Below, piece by piece: positions 20,005 through 29,835 of a stretch of DNA of 64,000 nt. The DNA is from Nitrospirales bacterium. Its GTDB lineage: Bacteria > Nitrospirota > Nitrospiria > Nitrospirales > UBA8639. How positions within the stretch are numbered: the first letter of the stretch is position 1; every line of letters begins with the position of its first letter. Where the stretch lies: contig OY820905.2 in assembly GCA_963555755.3 (NCBI GenBank), positions 3,488,001 through 3,552,000 of the forward strand. The letters run 5' to 3'. The translations under genes were made by a program, and so were the position numbers. Below the pieces are notes generated by a model. That model was given only the letters and a program-made list of their open reading frames with translations. It was not told the DNA's origin and ran no database searches.

Positions 20005-22278
20005 ATGCCACCGATCTTTGCTGAAGTTATTTTCCCTCAACGCGTATCGCAATCTTTCACCTACCGGGTTCCAGCTTCTTGGCACGAATCCCTGAAGGTC
20101 GGCCATTGGGTTTTAGCTCCGTTTGGACACACCGCCCGTCCAGGCTTTGTGGTAGCTATGGCAGAACACCCATCCGACCCCACCCTGCCCGAAAACCGAA
20201 TCCGCGAACTTGAAGAACATCTTTCTGCATCACCTGACTTTGATGTTGATCCCACACTAATTGCCCTCGCTGAATGGATGGCGGACTATTACATCGCGCC
20301 GTTGGGTGTATGCTTTCAACTCATTCAGTCACCTCGCCTTCCGTTTAAAACCTCATCGCGACTCCAGATCACACCCTTGGGACAACAGGCCATGGAAAGG
20401 GGTCGATTATCCGACTCTGCCAAAAACCTGTTGGAGGCATTAAACCGGAGAGCAAAAGGGTTGACCCTCGCCTCTCTTAAAAAGATCGTCACAACGGCTT
20501 CTACAACTGTCACTCAGCTCAAACGGAAGAAATGGCTCGAAGAGATTCACACCTACACCATCGCCTCAGGCTTTGAAGAACTAAGACCGGATGCCAAAAC
20601 CTTTCGCCCTTCACAGAGCAAGAAGGTTTCCCCCCGAGAAAAAAAATTAACCGACGCACCATCTTGGTGGAAGGACTTTCAACAACACCTCACTCGGAAA
20701 TCTTTCGGAGAGTATTTCACGAATGATACGGGTCGGCAATTCACCACCCTTCTCGACCGTATGATCCGAGAAACCCTTCACCAAAAACGAACGGCCCTAA
20801 TCATTTTGCCTGATATTAACCAGGCCACATCATGGGCTCATATCTTGGGTACAGACTTGGGAATCCCAGTGGGAATCTTCCATAGCGGATTAACGGACAC
20901 GGCTCGAATGAAAGAATGGCAGGCGATCAATCAACGACGCTACCAAGTGGTCGTCGGAACCAGGTCAGCGGTGTTTGTCCCGATTTCTTCCTTGGGCCTC
21001 ATGTGTCTCAGTCATGAAGAAGACTTCTCCTTTAAAGATGAACAAAGCCCGTATTATCACACGCGCGAAGTGGCGAGGAAACGAGCACGACTGAGCCATG
21101 GCACCTTACTTCTGCACTCTCCTCACCCATCATTGGAAACGGTTCATCACTTCTCAACATCCACCAAACCGGACAATGAAGTTTCCTGCGAGGCCCGCAG
21201 TGAAGAGAACTCCATCCAAGTCGTGGATCACCATCACATTCCTTATGGTACGACGATTTCTCATGAGATGCGACAAGGAATCGAACACGCACTCTCGACT
21301 GGTGGTGGGATTGTGATCTTCCACAATCGAAAAGGATTTTCCTCCTCAATCGTGTGCCGGGATTGCGGAACGGCTGCGCAATGTGCAAGCTGCCAGATAC
21401 CCTTTGGGCTCCTCGCGGCTCCACCGCAACTGCGGTGTCCATATTGTGGGATCACGGAATCGGTTCCGGTGGTGTGTCCGGCCTGTTCTGGCTCCCTCCT
21501 CGACCCCAGCGGCTTTGGCACGGAACGGCTCGAACAAGAATTACGGCGAGAATTTCCAGACGCCACGGTGGGACGATTGGACCGCAATAACGTTCGAACA
21601 GAATCTGCTGCCCGGAGCATCCGTGCCCAATTTTGCCAGGGAGCCATTCAGATACTCGTCGGCACGGAAATGTTGTTCCATGGAACGCCCCTATCGCCCG
21701 TACGATTTGTCGGCATCCCCTATGCTGACGCCGGACTTCATCTTCCCGATTTCCGTTCCGCTGAACGGGTCTATCACCACATGCAATCAGCGATCAATCT
21801 CATGACGGACTGGGGCAAGATTGGCCAAGTTGTCATTCAAACTCGCCTACCATCTCATCATGTGATGCAAGCCATTACCCGACAACTTCCGTCATTCTTT
21901 TATAACCACGAGCTGGCCTTCCGTGAAGCCGTCGGGTATCCACCCTTTGTCCACTTTATTCAGATGGCCGTGTCAGGAAACAATCAGGGCTTGGTACAAG
22001 AGGCAGCGGGGCAATGGGTTCAATCCTTGGCCAGTCAGGTCGCACACGGCTTGTCGAATCGACCATTCAATCTGGCTGTAGACACAAACATTTTAGGACC
22101 GATCGCCTCGCATACGTTTAAGCATCGACGGCTTCATCGTGAAACCATTCTATTCAAAGCAGTTGATGTTGATCAGGCTAGGACCGCCATTCGCCGCACG
22201 TATGCAACAATGGCCGCAAACAAGCTCTACAAGGGATTGCAGTTTGGCATCAACGTCGATCCGATGCAGATGTTGTAG
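20005..22278 (+). CDS. priA: primosomal protein N' (helicase motifs degenerate)
   Basis: N-terminal 3'-binding domain (FTYRVP...VLAPFG), VVVGTRSAVF, four CxxC pairs, GFGTERLE, PDFRSAER, YPPF, VDP. Confidence 0.88.
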   Translation: MPPIFAEVIFPQRVSQSFTYRVPASWHESLKVGHWVLAPFGHTARPGFVVAMAEHPSDPTLPENRIRELEEHLSASPDFDVDPTLIALAEWMADYYIAPLGVCFQLIQSPRLPFKTSSRLQITPLGQQAMERGRLSDSAKNLLEALNRRAKGLTLASLKKIVTTASTTVTQLKRKKWLEEIHTYTIASGFEELRPDAKTFRPSQSKKVSPREKKLTDAPSWWKDFQQHLTRKSFGEYFTNDTGRQFTTLLDRMIRETLHQKRTALIILPDINQATSWAHILGTDLGIPVGIFHSGLTDTARMKEWQAINQRRYQVVVGTRSAVFVPISSLGLMCLSHEEDFSFKDEQSPYYHTREVARKRARLSHGTLLLHSPHPSLETVHHFSTSTKPDNEVSCEARSEENSIQVVDHHHIPYGTTISHEMRQGIEHALSTGGGIVIFHNRKGFSSSIVCRDCGTAAQCASCQIPFGLLAAPPQLRCPYCGITESVPVVCPACSGSLLDPSGFGTERLEQELRREFPDATVGRLDRNNVRTESAARSIRAQFCQGAIQILVGTEMLFHGTPLSPVRFVGIPYADAGLHLPDFRSAERVYHHMQSAINLMTDWGKIGQVVIQTRLPSHHVMQAITRQLPSFFYNHELAFREAVGYPPFVHFIQMAVSGNNQGLVQEAAGQWVQSLASQVAHGLSNRPFNLAVDTNILGPIASHTFKHRRLHRETILFKAVDVDQARTAIRRTYATMAANKLYKGLQFGINVDPMQML

Positions 22279-22286
22279 GGGGGGAA

Positions 22287-22364
22287 GCGTAACGCGTGAT
22301 GCGTGATGAGAAAAAACCAGTATTCTTTTCTTTACGCTTCACGGATCACGCGTTACGCATCACG
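22287..22364. repeat. heptamer (GCGTGAT/ATCACGC) palindromic element between convergent genes
   Basis: GCGTAACGCGTGATGCGTGA...TCACGGATCACGCGTTACGCATCACG. Confidence 0.65.
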
Positions 22365-22372
22365 AAGGTTTC

Positions 22373-22816
22373 CTACCGTTTCTTTCTCCGTTGTGCTTTG
22401 GCCTGGTTAGCCGATAGGGATTCAATCGATGAAGGATCTTCGACTTTGGGTCGAATGCGGCGAAAAATTCCATAGGCAAACGTTAACCAGAAGACACCGG
22501 AAAACACCCCAAACATGACGGCGGTAAAGACACGTTGCATGTCTTCGAGCGGAGGTTCCGGGCCAAATTGTTCCAGCTCTCCTACCATTTGAAATGGCCA
22601 GGACAAACTTTCCAACCCTAAAAGCATGGTTGACCACATCCATATATGCCCGGTAGTCGGGCACACCTTGGCATAGAGGATCGTCAATCCGACAATCATG
22701 ACGACGGTAATCGATGAAGAAAGATCTCCTTGAAGAAACCATAGCCCCACAGTCACAGCTATGGCTCCAAGAACAGCGTTGATTAAAAAGACAGGGGTAT
22801 TCGGCATGGAACGCAC
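22373..22816 (-). CDS. hypothetical membrane protein (4 TM)
   Basis: Four hydrophobic segments and a basic C-terminus. Confidence 0.7.
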   Translation of the reverse strand: MRSMPNTPVFLINAVLGAIAVTVGLWFLQGDLSSSITVVMIVGLTILYAKVCPTTGHIWMWSTMLLGLESLSWPFQMVGELEQFGPEPPLEDMQRVFTAVMFGVFSGVFWLTFAYGIFRRIRPKVEDPSSIESLSANQAKAQRRKKR

Positions 22817-22944
22817 CTTATCACATTAATTCTTGCTTCCACACGGAGCCCATGCCTGTTCTGGGAAAGTTAAAACGGGCCGGTTGAACATTTCACTCCA
22901 ACAGCCAATAAAAGCTCCAGATGAGCCACGCATTGTCAGTGGGA

Positions 22945-23066
22945 GGGAATGTTCAAAAAAGTTCGTCCAGCAAGGCCGCAGCCGTTTTGACGAGCGGAGC
23001 GTACTCATAGTACGTGAGCACGGCAAAAGGGGGAGAACGCCGCTGGCGGCTTTTTTCAACATTCCC
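22945..23066. repeat. MITE-like element, family B copy 3
   Basis: GGGAATGTTCAAAAAA...TTTTTTCAACATTCCC with the shared core. Confidence 0.85.
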
Positions 23067-23143
23067 AAAACGGAATCTGAAAAACGATGCAAAAAACCCA
23101 AGGACAGGTCAGACTCAAAGATACGGCTGTACAGAGAAGGAAG

Positions 23144-23860
23144 TTAGACAATATCCGAAGACAATGGTTCTTCTTCGGCAGAGGTATGAGAGGAAAGCCC
23201 AGTCGAAGGCAGTTCTTTGGGATGGATCAGGGTCAAGCAATCTTCCGCCACAGGGTCTTTGTGGAACAGGGCATAGATTGGAAATATTTTAGACGCATGG
23301 CCTCCCTGCTGAGAAGGCAATAACACTGGGACTTCTACCCACGGTGAGGGTGTATCCAAACTTGCCAAGCGAAGGCGAACGGCTAACAGCATATCTCGGA
23401 TTCGGGTCTCTCCCTCAGGAGTCCCAACTTCCGATGAATCGGCGATACTCCGACTCCACAAAGACTTGGTGATGCCAACGGCCAAATTAAATCCTACACC
23501 TTTGGCCTTCTTGCTCACATCGATAAGCAGACCTGCATCAATCGCTTCCTGGCGAGACGTAATGTGACGAGAAGGCTCCTGTGCCTCGGATGCTGGGATC
23601 ACCGTCTGTTCTTCCGATGATGCGCCAAGATTTAAGGTTTCTTCGAAAAGCCCCTCCGCCCCCACCGGGATCTCGATTGAATCAACATCCGTTTCAACTG
23701 GCTCGAAGGAATCAACGGTTAAGCCTCTCGCATGCAACACTCCGTCATACACGGCCCGGGCCGACTTGGACCAAGACGAATGAAAGGGCCTTCCTTGGTA
23801 CGCCGCTTCCGCCGCTTTTTTCTCATCATGGCTCAAGGCACGTGGTAGTTTCATATCCAT
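23144..23860 (-). CDS. hypothetical protein, C-terminal DUF6573-like domain
   Basis: SRQEAIDAGLLIDVS...GF...VGITKSLW...RIRDML...LTLIHPKE. Confidence 0.6.
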   Translation of the reverse strand: MDMKLPRALSHDEKKAAEAAYQGRPFHSSWSKSARAVYDGVLHARGLTVDSFEPVETDVDSIEIPVGAEGLFEETLNLGASSEEQTVIPASEAQEPSRHITSRQEAIDAGLLIDVSKKAKGVGFNLAVGITKSLWSRSIADSSEVGTPEGETRIRDMLLAVRLRLASLDTPSPWVEVPVLLPSQQGGHASKIFPIYALFHKDPVAEDCLTLIHPKELPSTGLSSHTSAEEEPLSSDIV

Positions 23861-24035
23861 ACTTCAAATTAATAAGGCTCAGAGATCCACAAGTCAAGGT
23901 CTGTGCATTTTTAAACTTGACAAATATTCATGTTTATTCACAGCCCCCAATTATACGATGTGGTTTTCGCAATGAAAAATAAGGAAATCCGCGTAAAAAA
24001 TGGGGCATTGGGCAACAAACACATCTATTCAGACT

Positions 24036-25544
24036 TTACGGAATGAGGCCTGGGGAAGATTGGGCAAATTGTACTCCACCCACCTGGTTCACCAAATGCG
24101 TGACACTGGCATCCATCATTTCCATCAATGGACCAGGATACAGGCCAATCCACAGCACGAGGACGGCTAAGGGAATGACCGTTGCTAATTCACGATAGCT
24201 TAAGTCAGGGAGAAGCGAGGCGGCTTTTGTATTGGGCTCACCCAGGGCCACTCGTTGCAACATCCAAAGCATATAGGCCGCAGCCAAGACGATGCCCACC
24301 ATCGCGAGTAACACCATCACAAAACTTTTGAAGGAGGTACCGATGAGTACCAAGAATTCACCGATAAAATTACACGTACCCGGCAGGCCAAATGACGCAA
24401 TGGAGAAAAGACAAAACAACGTCACAAACCGAGGCATGGTTTTGTGAAGGCCGCCATAGGCACTGATGTCGCGATTGTGTGTCCGGTCATACAACTGACC
24501 GACTGCCAAAAATAGGGCTCCTGTTGTAATACCATGATTAAACATCTGAAGAATCGCGCCCTGAATGCCCTGGCTATTGAAGACAAAAATTCCAAGCGTC
24601 ACAAATCCCATATGGGAAATCGAAGAATAGGCGACCAGCTTTTTAAGATCCGACTGTGCCAAGGCCATGTACCCGCCGTAGATGATAGCCGCGATCGACA
24701 ACCATAAAATAAACGGCGCAAATTGTGCTGAAGCCTCTGGAAACATAGGCAGGCAAAATCGCAAAAACCCATACCCGCCCATTTTCAACAACACTCCAGC
24801 GAGAAGAACACTTCCCGCGGTTGGGGCTTCCGCATGGGCATCAGGCAACCACGTATGGAAAGGCAGCATGGGTATCTTGATGGCAAAGGCTAAAAAGAAC
24901 GCTAAGAAAATCCAAAACTGTACATCCGATGAATAGGTGTGATTGGTGAGGGCCACAATATCAAAAGTGCGGCCCCCTTCGAGATACAGACCTAAAATCC
25001 CCACGAGTAACAACAAGCTACCCGTGAGGCTGTACAGAACAAACTTGATGCCTGCGGCAATCCGGTCGGGTCCTCCCCACAGGATAATCATGAAATACAT
25101 GGGAATCATGGTGATTTCCCACAGCATGAAGAAGAGGAAAAGATCCAGTGCGGTAAAGACCACAATCATGGCGCCTTCAACTAGAAGGATCAGCATCATG
25201 AAGGCTCTGACCCTCGTGGTGATGGACGTCCAAGAGCAGAGGACACAAAGCGGACAGAGAAGAGCCGTTAACAAAACCAGCAGGATGCTAATTCCATCGA
25301 CACCCACGGCATACTGAATGTTGAAGGTGGGCATCCACTGCATACGCTCAACGAACTGCATGCTATGCTGTCCGAAATCAAAACCAGACCAGAGCATGAG
25401 GGACAGCCCAAAATTTAGCAGGGTAGCAGCGAGCGCCGTTCGACGAATCCACTCTTGATTTTGAACGAATGCCAGAGCGGCAATTCCAAGAACAGGAATG
25501 GCAATCATCCAACTAAGAATGTGATCGGCAAAGATAAAGCTCAT
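24036..25544 (-). CDS. NuoM-like antiporter subunit
   Basis: GVDGIS, FFMLWE, AIKIPMLPFHTWLPDAHAEAPT, LLKMGGYG, AYSSISHMG, NFIGE. Confidence 0.92.
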   Translation of the reverse strand: MSFIFADHILSWMIAIPVLGIAALAFVQNQEWIRRTALAATLLNFGLSLMLWSGFDFGQHSMQFVERMQWMPTFNIQYAVGVDGISILLVLLTALLCPLCVLCSWTSITTRVRAFMMLILLVEGAMIVVFTALDLFLFFMLWEITMIPMYFMIILWGGPDRIAAGIKFVLYSLTGSLLLLVGILGLYLEGGRTFDIVALTNHTYSSDVQFWIFLAFFLAFAIKIPMLPFHTWLPDAHAEAPTAGSVLLAGVLLKMGGYGFLRFCLPMFPEASAQFAPFILWLSIAAIIYGGYMALAQSDLKKLVAYSSISHMGFVTLGIFVFNSQGIQGAILQMFNHGITTGALFLAVGQLYDRTHNRDISAYGGLHKTMPRFVTLFCLFSIASFGLPGTCNFIGEFLVLIGTSFKSFVMVLLAMVGIVLAAAYMLWMLQRVALGEPNTKAASLLPDLSYRELATVIPLAVLVLWIGLYPGPLMEMMDASVTHLVNQVGGVQFAQSSPGLIP

Positions 25545-25585
25545 GGGATCCCCTTCTCCCTACACAAGTTCCAATAGGGTTCTCA

Positions 25586-27760
25586 TTACACAAGCCAATA
25601 GAAAAGCCCTATAGCTGCCACTAACCAAAAAATCATGACCAATAAATGGTGCTGAAGCGTCCGTGGTTCGATTCTCTGCAAAAGATGACCTGTTGCATCG
25701 GCCTCCCGTCCCAACCGTTCGACATTCTTTTCAATCCCGCGAATATCGATAACCTGCCAGAGCCACTGAGCCAGGTTCACGGTTTGACCACCAATCCCAA
25801 CTACCCTTCGATCAATGCCTTTGACATCCACTACTTGCCACAGCCAACGAGCGAGGCTCACGGTTTGACGCCCAATCCCAACCACCCCGCGATCTATTCC
25901 TCTGACATCTACAACCTGCCACAGCCATCTGGCCAACGTAACCGATACCCCAGCAATACCACTAATGAAGCGATCAATACCTCCAAGATCAACAGTCCGC
26001 CATAACCATGTGGACAATCGAAGTGTGGGTTGAATCACATAGACTTCGTAGATCTCATCAAAATACAATTTATTCAAAAAAAGTACATACAAAGTTTTTC
26101 CCCATTCCGACTGTGCCAGGAATGATGGTCGGGGTTTGATATGAAGGAAGTAGGCAAAACCCCATCCGCAAAATGCCACGACAAGCGGTAACATGATCCA
26201 CAAAGAGATTCCCCCAAACGTGGTCTGTTCATTGAGGAGTGGAACAGGCTGCCCCAATGCCGGTGCCAGGAATTGAACAAACCACCCCCACAACACCATG
26301 AGAACGCTCACCAACATCACGCCCGCAACGAAAAGTCCTACGAGGTGTGAAGGCGAAAACAACTGGGGCTGGACGACAAACGATTTCCCACCTTCCACAT
26401 CTCTGACTGAGGGTCCGCCCTGAAAGAATAAGAGGATTCCCCGAAAGAGATACATCGCCGTAAAAAAGACAGTGGCTAAGCCCATCACCCAAAAGACAGT
26501 TTTGGCTGAAGCAAAATTATGCACGGTCCACAAATATTCATAAGGCCCTGAAAAGATCACGAAAGGAGGAATGCAGGCTAACACCAGTGCGCCAACAGAC
26601 AAAGACCATGCTGGCCTCGAGGTCGGCCCATGGCCAACATCAGACTGAGGATGGCCGTGGGCTTGAACCGACCGTAGGGCGTTCCCTGTAGACAGGAATA
26701 AAAATGCTTTCAAACATCCATGAGCTAACACATGAAACGTCGCGGCCACAAACGCCCCAATGCCGCAGGTCATGATCATGAACCCAATTTGACTGATCGT
26801 GGAGTAAGCGAGAATCTTTTTAATATCGGTCTGCGTCAGTGAGACAATCGCCGCGAACAGAGCCGTCACCGCACCGACAACCGCGATGACGGTCATAGCC
26901 AGTGGCGAGAAAACAATCAACGGACTTAAACGAATGAGAAGGAAGGGCCCCGCATTCACCATGGTTGCCGCATGGATCAGCGCTGAGACAGGGGTGGGCG
27001 CTTCCATGGCAAACGGCAACCATACATGGAAAGGAAGTTGCGCGGACTTTCCCATTGCACCCATCAACAATAAAAGGGAAATCACTGTCAGGGTGTGAAC
27101 TGAGTATTCAAGCCCTATCCATCCCAACAGATTCATCGTATGCCCACGCATGCTGTCCGCCTGAATCAAAATTTGTTGAATGTCGAGAGTCCCAAATGTG
27201 GCAAAGGTCAGGATGATTCCGAACCCGAGTCCAACATCCGCAACGGCGTTGACTAAAAACGCTTTCGTGGCGGCCTGGCATGCTGATTGTCTTTGAGCAT
27301 AATGGGAGATCAAGAGATAGGAACAGATCCCCATGATCTCCCAACAGATAAACAACATGAGCAGGTTGCTACTCATCACCAACATCACCATGGAAAAGGT
27401 AAACAACGCGATGACCGCGAAGAAACGATTGTAACGGGGATCCCCGATCATGTATCGGGAAGAGTAGATGTGAACGATGCTGCTGACCCCTGTGACCAAC
27501 ATCAACAAGAGGACGGTGAGTTGGTCGATATACAGACCAAGGTCGACGACGAGATTTCCGGACTGAATGAAGCGGTAGAGAGGAACTGATATGGCTCCGT
27601 TCCTTACAACCTCAATGAATGCGCCTACCGACAATCCGAAGGATACACCTATCGCAGGAATCGCAACTTTGTGGCTTTTCTCTCCCACCCACCGCCCGCC
27701 CAACGCGAGAGTAAGAAACGCCACCAAAGGAAGAAGCGGGATCAGAACGTAAACTGACAT
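25586..27760 (-). CDS. NuoL/MrpA/DabB-like antiporter subunit with repeat-extended C-terminal helix
   Basis: WEIMGICSYLLI, KSAQLPFHVWLP.AMEAPTPVSALIHAATMV, KKILAYSTISQIG, HGCLKAFLFL. Confidence 0.92.
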   Translation of the reverse strand: MSVYVLIPLLPLVAFLTLALGGRWVGEKSHKVAIPAIGVSFGLSVGAFIEVVRNGAISVPLYRFIQSGNLVVDLGLYIDQLTVLLLMLVTGVSSIVHIYSSRYMIGDPRYNRFFAVIALFTFSMVMLVMSSNLLMLFICWEIMGICSYLLISHYAQRQSACQAATKAFLVNAVADVGLGFGIILTFATFGTLDIQQILIQADSMRGHTMNLLGWIGLEYSVHTLTVISLLLLMGAMGKSAQLPFHVWLPFAMEAPTPVSALIHAATMVNAGPFLLIRLSPLIVFSPLAMTVIAVVGAVTALFAAIVSLTQTDIKKILAYSTISQIGFMIMTCGIGAFVAATFHVLAHGCLKAFLFLSTGNALRSVQAHGHPQSDVGHGPTSRPAWSLSVGALVLACIPPFVIFSGPYEYLWTVHNFASAKTVFWVMGLATVFFTAMYLFRGILLFFQGGPSVRDVEGGKSFVVQPQLFSPSHLVGLFVAGVMLVSVLMVLWGWFVQFLAPALGQPVPLLNEQTTFGGISLWIMLPLVVAFCGWGFAYFLHIKPRPSFLAQSEWGKTLYVLFLNKLYFDEIYEVYVIQPTLRLSTWLWRTVDLGGIDRFISGIAGVSVTLARWLWQVVDVRGIDRGVVGIGRQTVSLARWLWQVVDVKGIDRRVVGIGGQTVNLAQWLWQVIDIRGIEKNVERLGREADATGHLLQRIEPRTLQHHLLVMIFWLVAAIGLFYWLV
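25685..26008 (-). repeat. 4 x 81-bp (27-aa) tandem repeat inside the NuoL-like gene
   Basis: WLW codons begin at 26008, 25927, 25846 and 25765, an exact 81-bp period. Confidence 0.95.
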
Positions 27761-27862
27761 AGGCTATCTAAAGAATGAACGATTATGAAATTGTTGAACA
27801 ATTCATTTTTCTGACATCAACTGTGCTATCTGATCGATTAAGATAGATTGCCAAGTAGGAAT

Positions 27863-27985
27863 GGGGAATGTTCAAAAAGGTTGTCCAGCAAGGCCGCAGG
27901 GCCTTTGGCGCGCGCAGCGTACACGGAGTACGTGAGCACGACAAAGGCTCGAGAACGCAGCTGGCGGCCTTTTTCAACATTCCCC
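27863..27985. repeat. MITE-like element, family B copy 4 (inside the operon)
   Basis: GGGGAATGTTCAAAAAGG...CCTTTTTCAACATTCCCC. Confidence 0.85.
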
Positions 27986-27991
27986 TTAAGA

Positions 27992-29461
27992 TTACAGCCC
28001 CGCGGGCAGAGCTGAATCAAGCAAAAACCCTACAATGGGATCACTGAACAACCCTAAAAGGATGATCGCGGCTGACACAACACCTATACTCACTTTCATA
28101 GATAATGGCGCCTCAACAGAAATGATCCCTGAAGATGGTTGAGTATCACGAAAAATACGTTCAAAGAGCTTAATGAAATAGGCCAACGTCAAAACAGTAG
28201 AGATGATCACCGCCGCAACCGCGAGATAATTCTGGGCTTCAAGAGCGCCAAGGATGATATACCATTTGCCAAAAAATCCACCGGTTGGGGGAAATCCAAC
28301 CATCGACATGGCCATGATGATGAGCGCACCCGTCATCCATGGCGCTTGTCCTCGCAAACGGCCCAAATCCTCGATGGTCCGAACGCCATACTGATACATC
28401 GCGGCACCTGCCAGGAAAAAGAGGGCGGCCTGCATAACCGCATCATTGATTAAATAAAACACCCCTCCTGCAAAACCCGTCGGATTTCCAATACCGACCC
28501 CGATGAGGATCAACCCAATATGAGAAATCCCACCATAGGCGAACATTCGTTTAACTTCATGTTGTGTCAATGCCAGAAATGCCCCAACCACTGCGGCAAG
28601 GGCCCCCAACTCCACCAGAAGGAACAGGACTGGAACATGTTCAATTTCCGCATTCGCACCCACCACCCAAAACATGATCCGGATCCAGGCGAGTAAGGCC
28701 ACTTTGGTGACCAAAGAAGCGAGGAAAGGTGAAATGGCGTCCGGTGCATGAGTATAGGCATCAGGCAACCACCCATGAAGTGGCATGAGTGCCATCTTAA
28801 TTCCGAGGCCGAGGAACATGAAAATCAACCCTCCAACGATGGCTTTGGAAGTTAATAATTCAGGCACTCGCTGAGCCAAGTCCGCCATGTTGAGCGTTCC
28901 CGTCGCCGCATAAAAGTAGCCCACCCCTAATAAATACAAGGAGGCCCCAAGCGTGCCCAAAATGAGATATCGAAAGGCGGAGACGAGAGCTTTCCCACCT
29001 GCAACTCCTACCAGGGCATACCCGGATAACGCGGCAACTTCCAGGAACACAAACACGTTAAATAAATCCCCAGCGAAGACGATCCCTGTAACCGCTGCAA
29101 TCAACAAAAGGATCAAGGTGTAGTAGGGCACAATCCGTTGTCCAAGCGCAGAAGACGATGTCGGACCTGCATTGATCAAGGAAATCAATGCCAATAGGCT
29201 GAGGGTCACCATGATGACACTCGCCAGCCCATCATCGACCCATTCAATGCCAATGGGAGGCGCCCAGCCGCTGAAGGCATAACGAATTTCTCCTGAATCC
29301 ATGACGACGACAATATTGGCAATCGATGCGACACTCATGGCAGAGACAGCCGCTATTGCCATCGGTTGACACCACTCACGATGTTTCAATCCGACCATGG
29401 GCAAAGAGATGGCTGTCAAGAAGGGAAGCAGGAAGAGGAGCGCGGGAAGGTGATGACTCAT
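27992..29461 (-). CDS. mrpD: Mrp antiporter subunit D-like
   Basis: GWAPPIGIE, GDLFNVFVFLE, TGTLNMADL, IKMALMPLHGWLPDAY, PPTGGFFGKW. Confidence 0.88.
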   Translation of the reverse strand: MSHHLPALLFLLPFLTAISLPMVGLKHREWCQPMAIAAVSAMSVASIANIVVVMDSGEIRYAFSGWAPPIGIEWVDDGLASVIMVTLSLLALISLINAGPTSSSALGQRIVPYYTLILLLIAAVTGIVFAGDLFNVFVFLEVAALSGYALVGVAGGKALVSAFRYLILGTLGASLYLLGVGYFYAATGTLNMADLAQRVPELLTSKAIVGGLIFMFLGLGIKMALMPLHGWLPDAYTHAPDAISPFLASLVTKVALLAWIRIMFWVVGANAEIEHVPVLFLLVELGALAAVVGAFLALTQHEVKRMFAYGGISHIGLILIGVGIGNPTGFAGGVFYLINDAVMQAALFFLAGAAMYQYGVRTIEDLGRLRGQAPWMTGALIIMAMSMVGFPPTGGFFGKWYIILGALEAQNYLAVAAVIISTVLTLAYFIKLFERIFRDTQPSSGIISVEAPLSMKVSIGVVSAAIILLGLFSDPIVGFLLDSALPAGL

Positions 29462-29835
29462 TCCAATCTCTTCAAAATTTCATCTTCATCCAAGGTGCCA
29501 TATTTCCGATAAATCGCCGCGACCAAGGCCAAAGAGACGCCCAAGGTCGCGACCTGGACCACGATCGCCGTTAACGTCAAGACATGCGGTAATGGATTGG
29601 TATAGGTGGCAGCTTGGACTGGGCCTGTTCCGGACAACAGAATAGGAACCGTGGCTCCTGTTTTCGCACTGATTGCCACGAGAAAAAAAATCACGCTGGT
29701 CTGCACGATGTACATGCCAATGAGCTTTTTGACAAGGTTATGGTGGGTCACCATGATGTAGAAGCCCCAGAGAAACAGGATCACGAAGGCAATAAAGTTT
29801 GACCGGTGAAGCCACGTCTCAATGAGTTCAAGCAT
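29458..29835 (-). CDS. mrpC: Mrp antiporter subunit C-like
   Basis: NLVKKLIG, NPLPHVLTLTAIVV, YGTLDEDEI; ATG 29835 overlaps the upstream stop. Confidence 0.88.
   Translation of the reverse strand: MLELIETWLHRSNFIAFVILFLWGFYIMVTHHNLVKKLIGMYIVQTSVIFFLVAISAKTGATVPILLSGTGPVQAATYTNPLPHVLTLTAIVVQVATLGVSLALVAAIYRKYGTLDEDEILKRLE

Noticed and set aside
24036..27760. Respiratory complex I operon
   Set aside because: Only L- and M-like subunits are present, with Mrp and DabA genes; nuoA-K and nuoN are absent.
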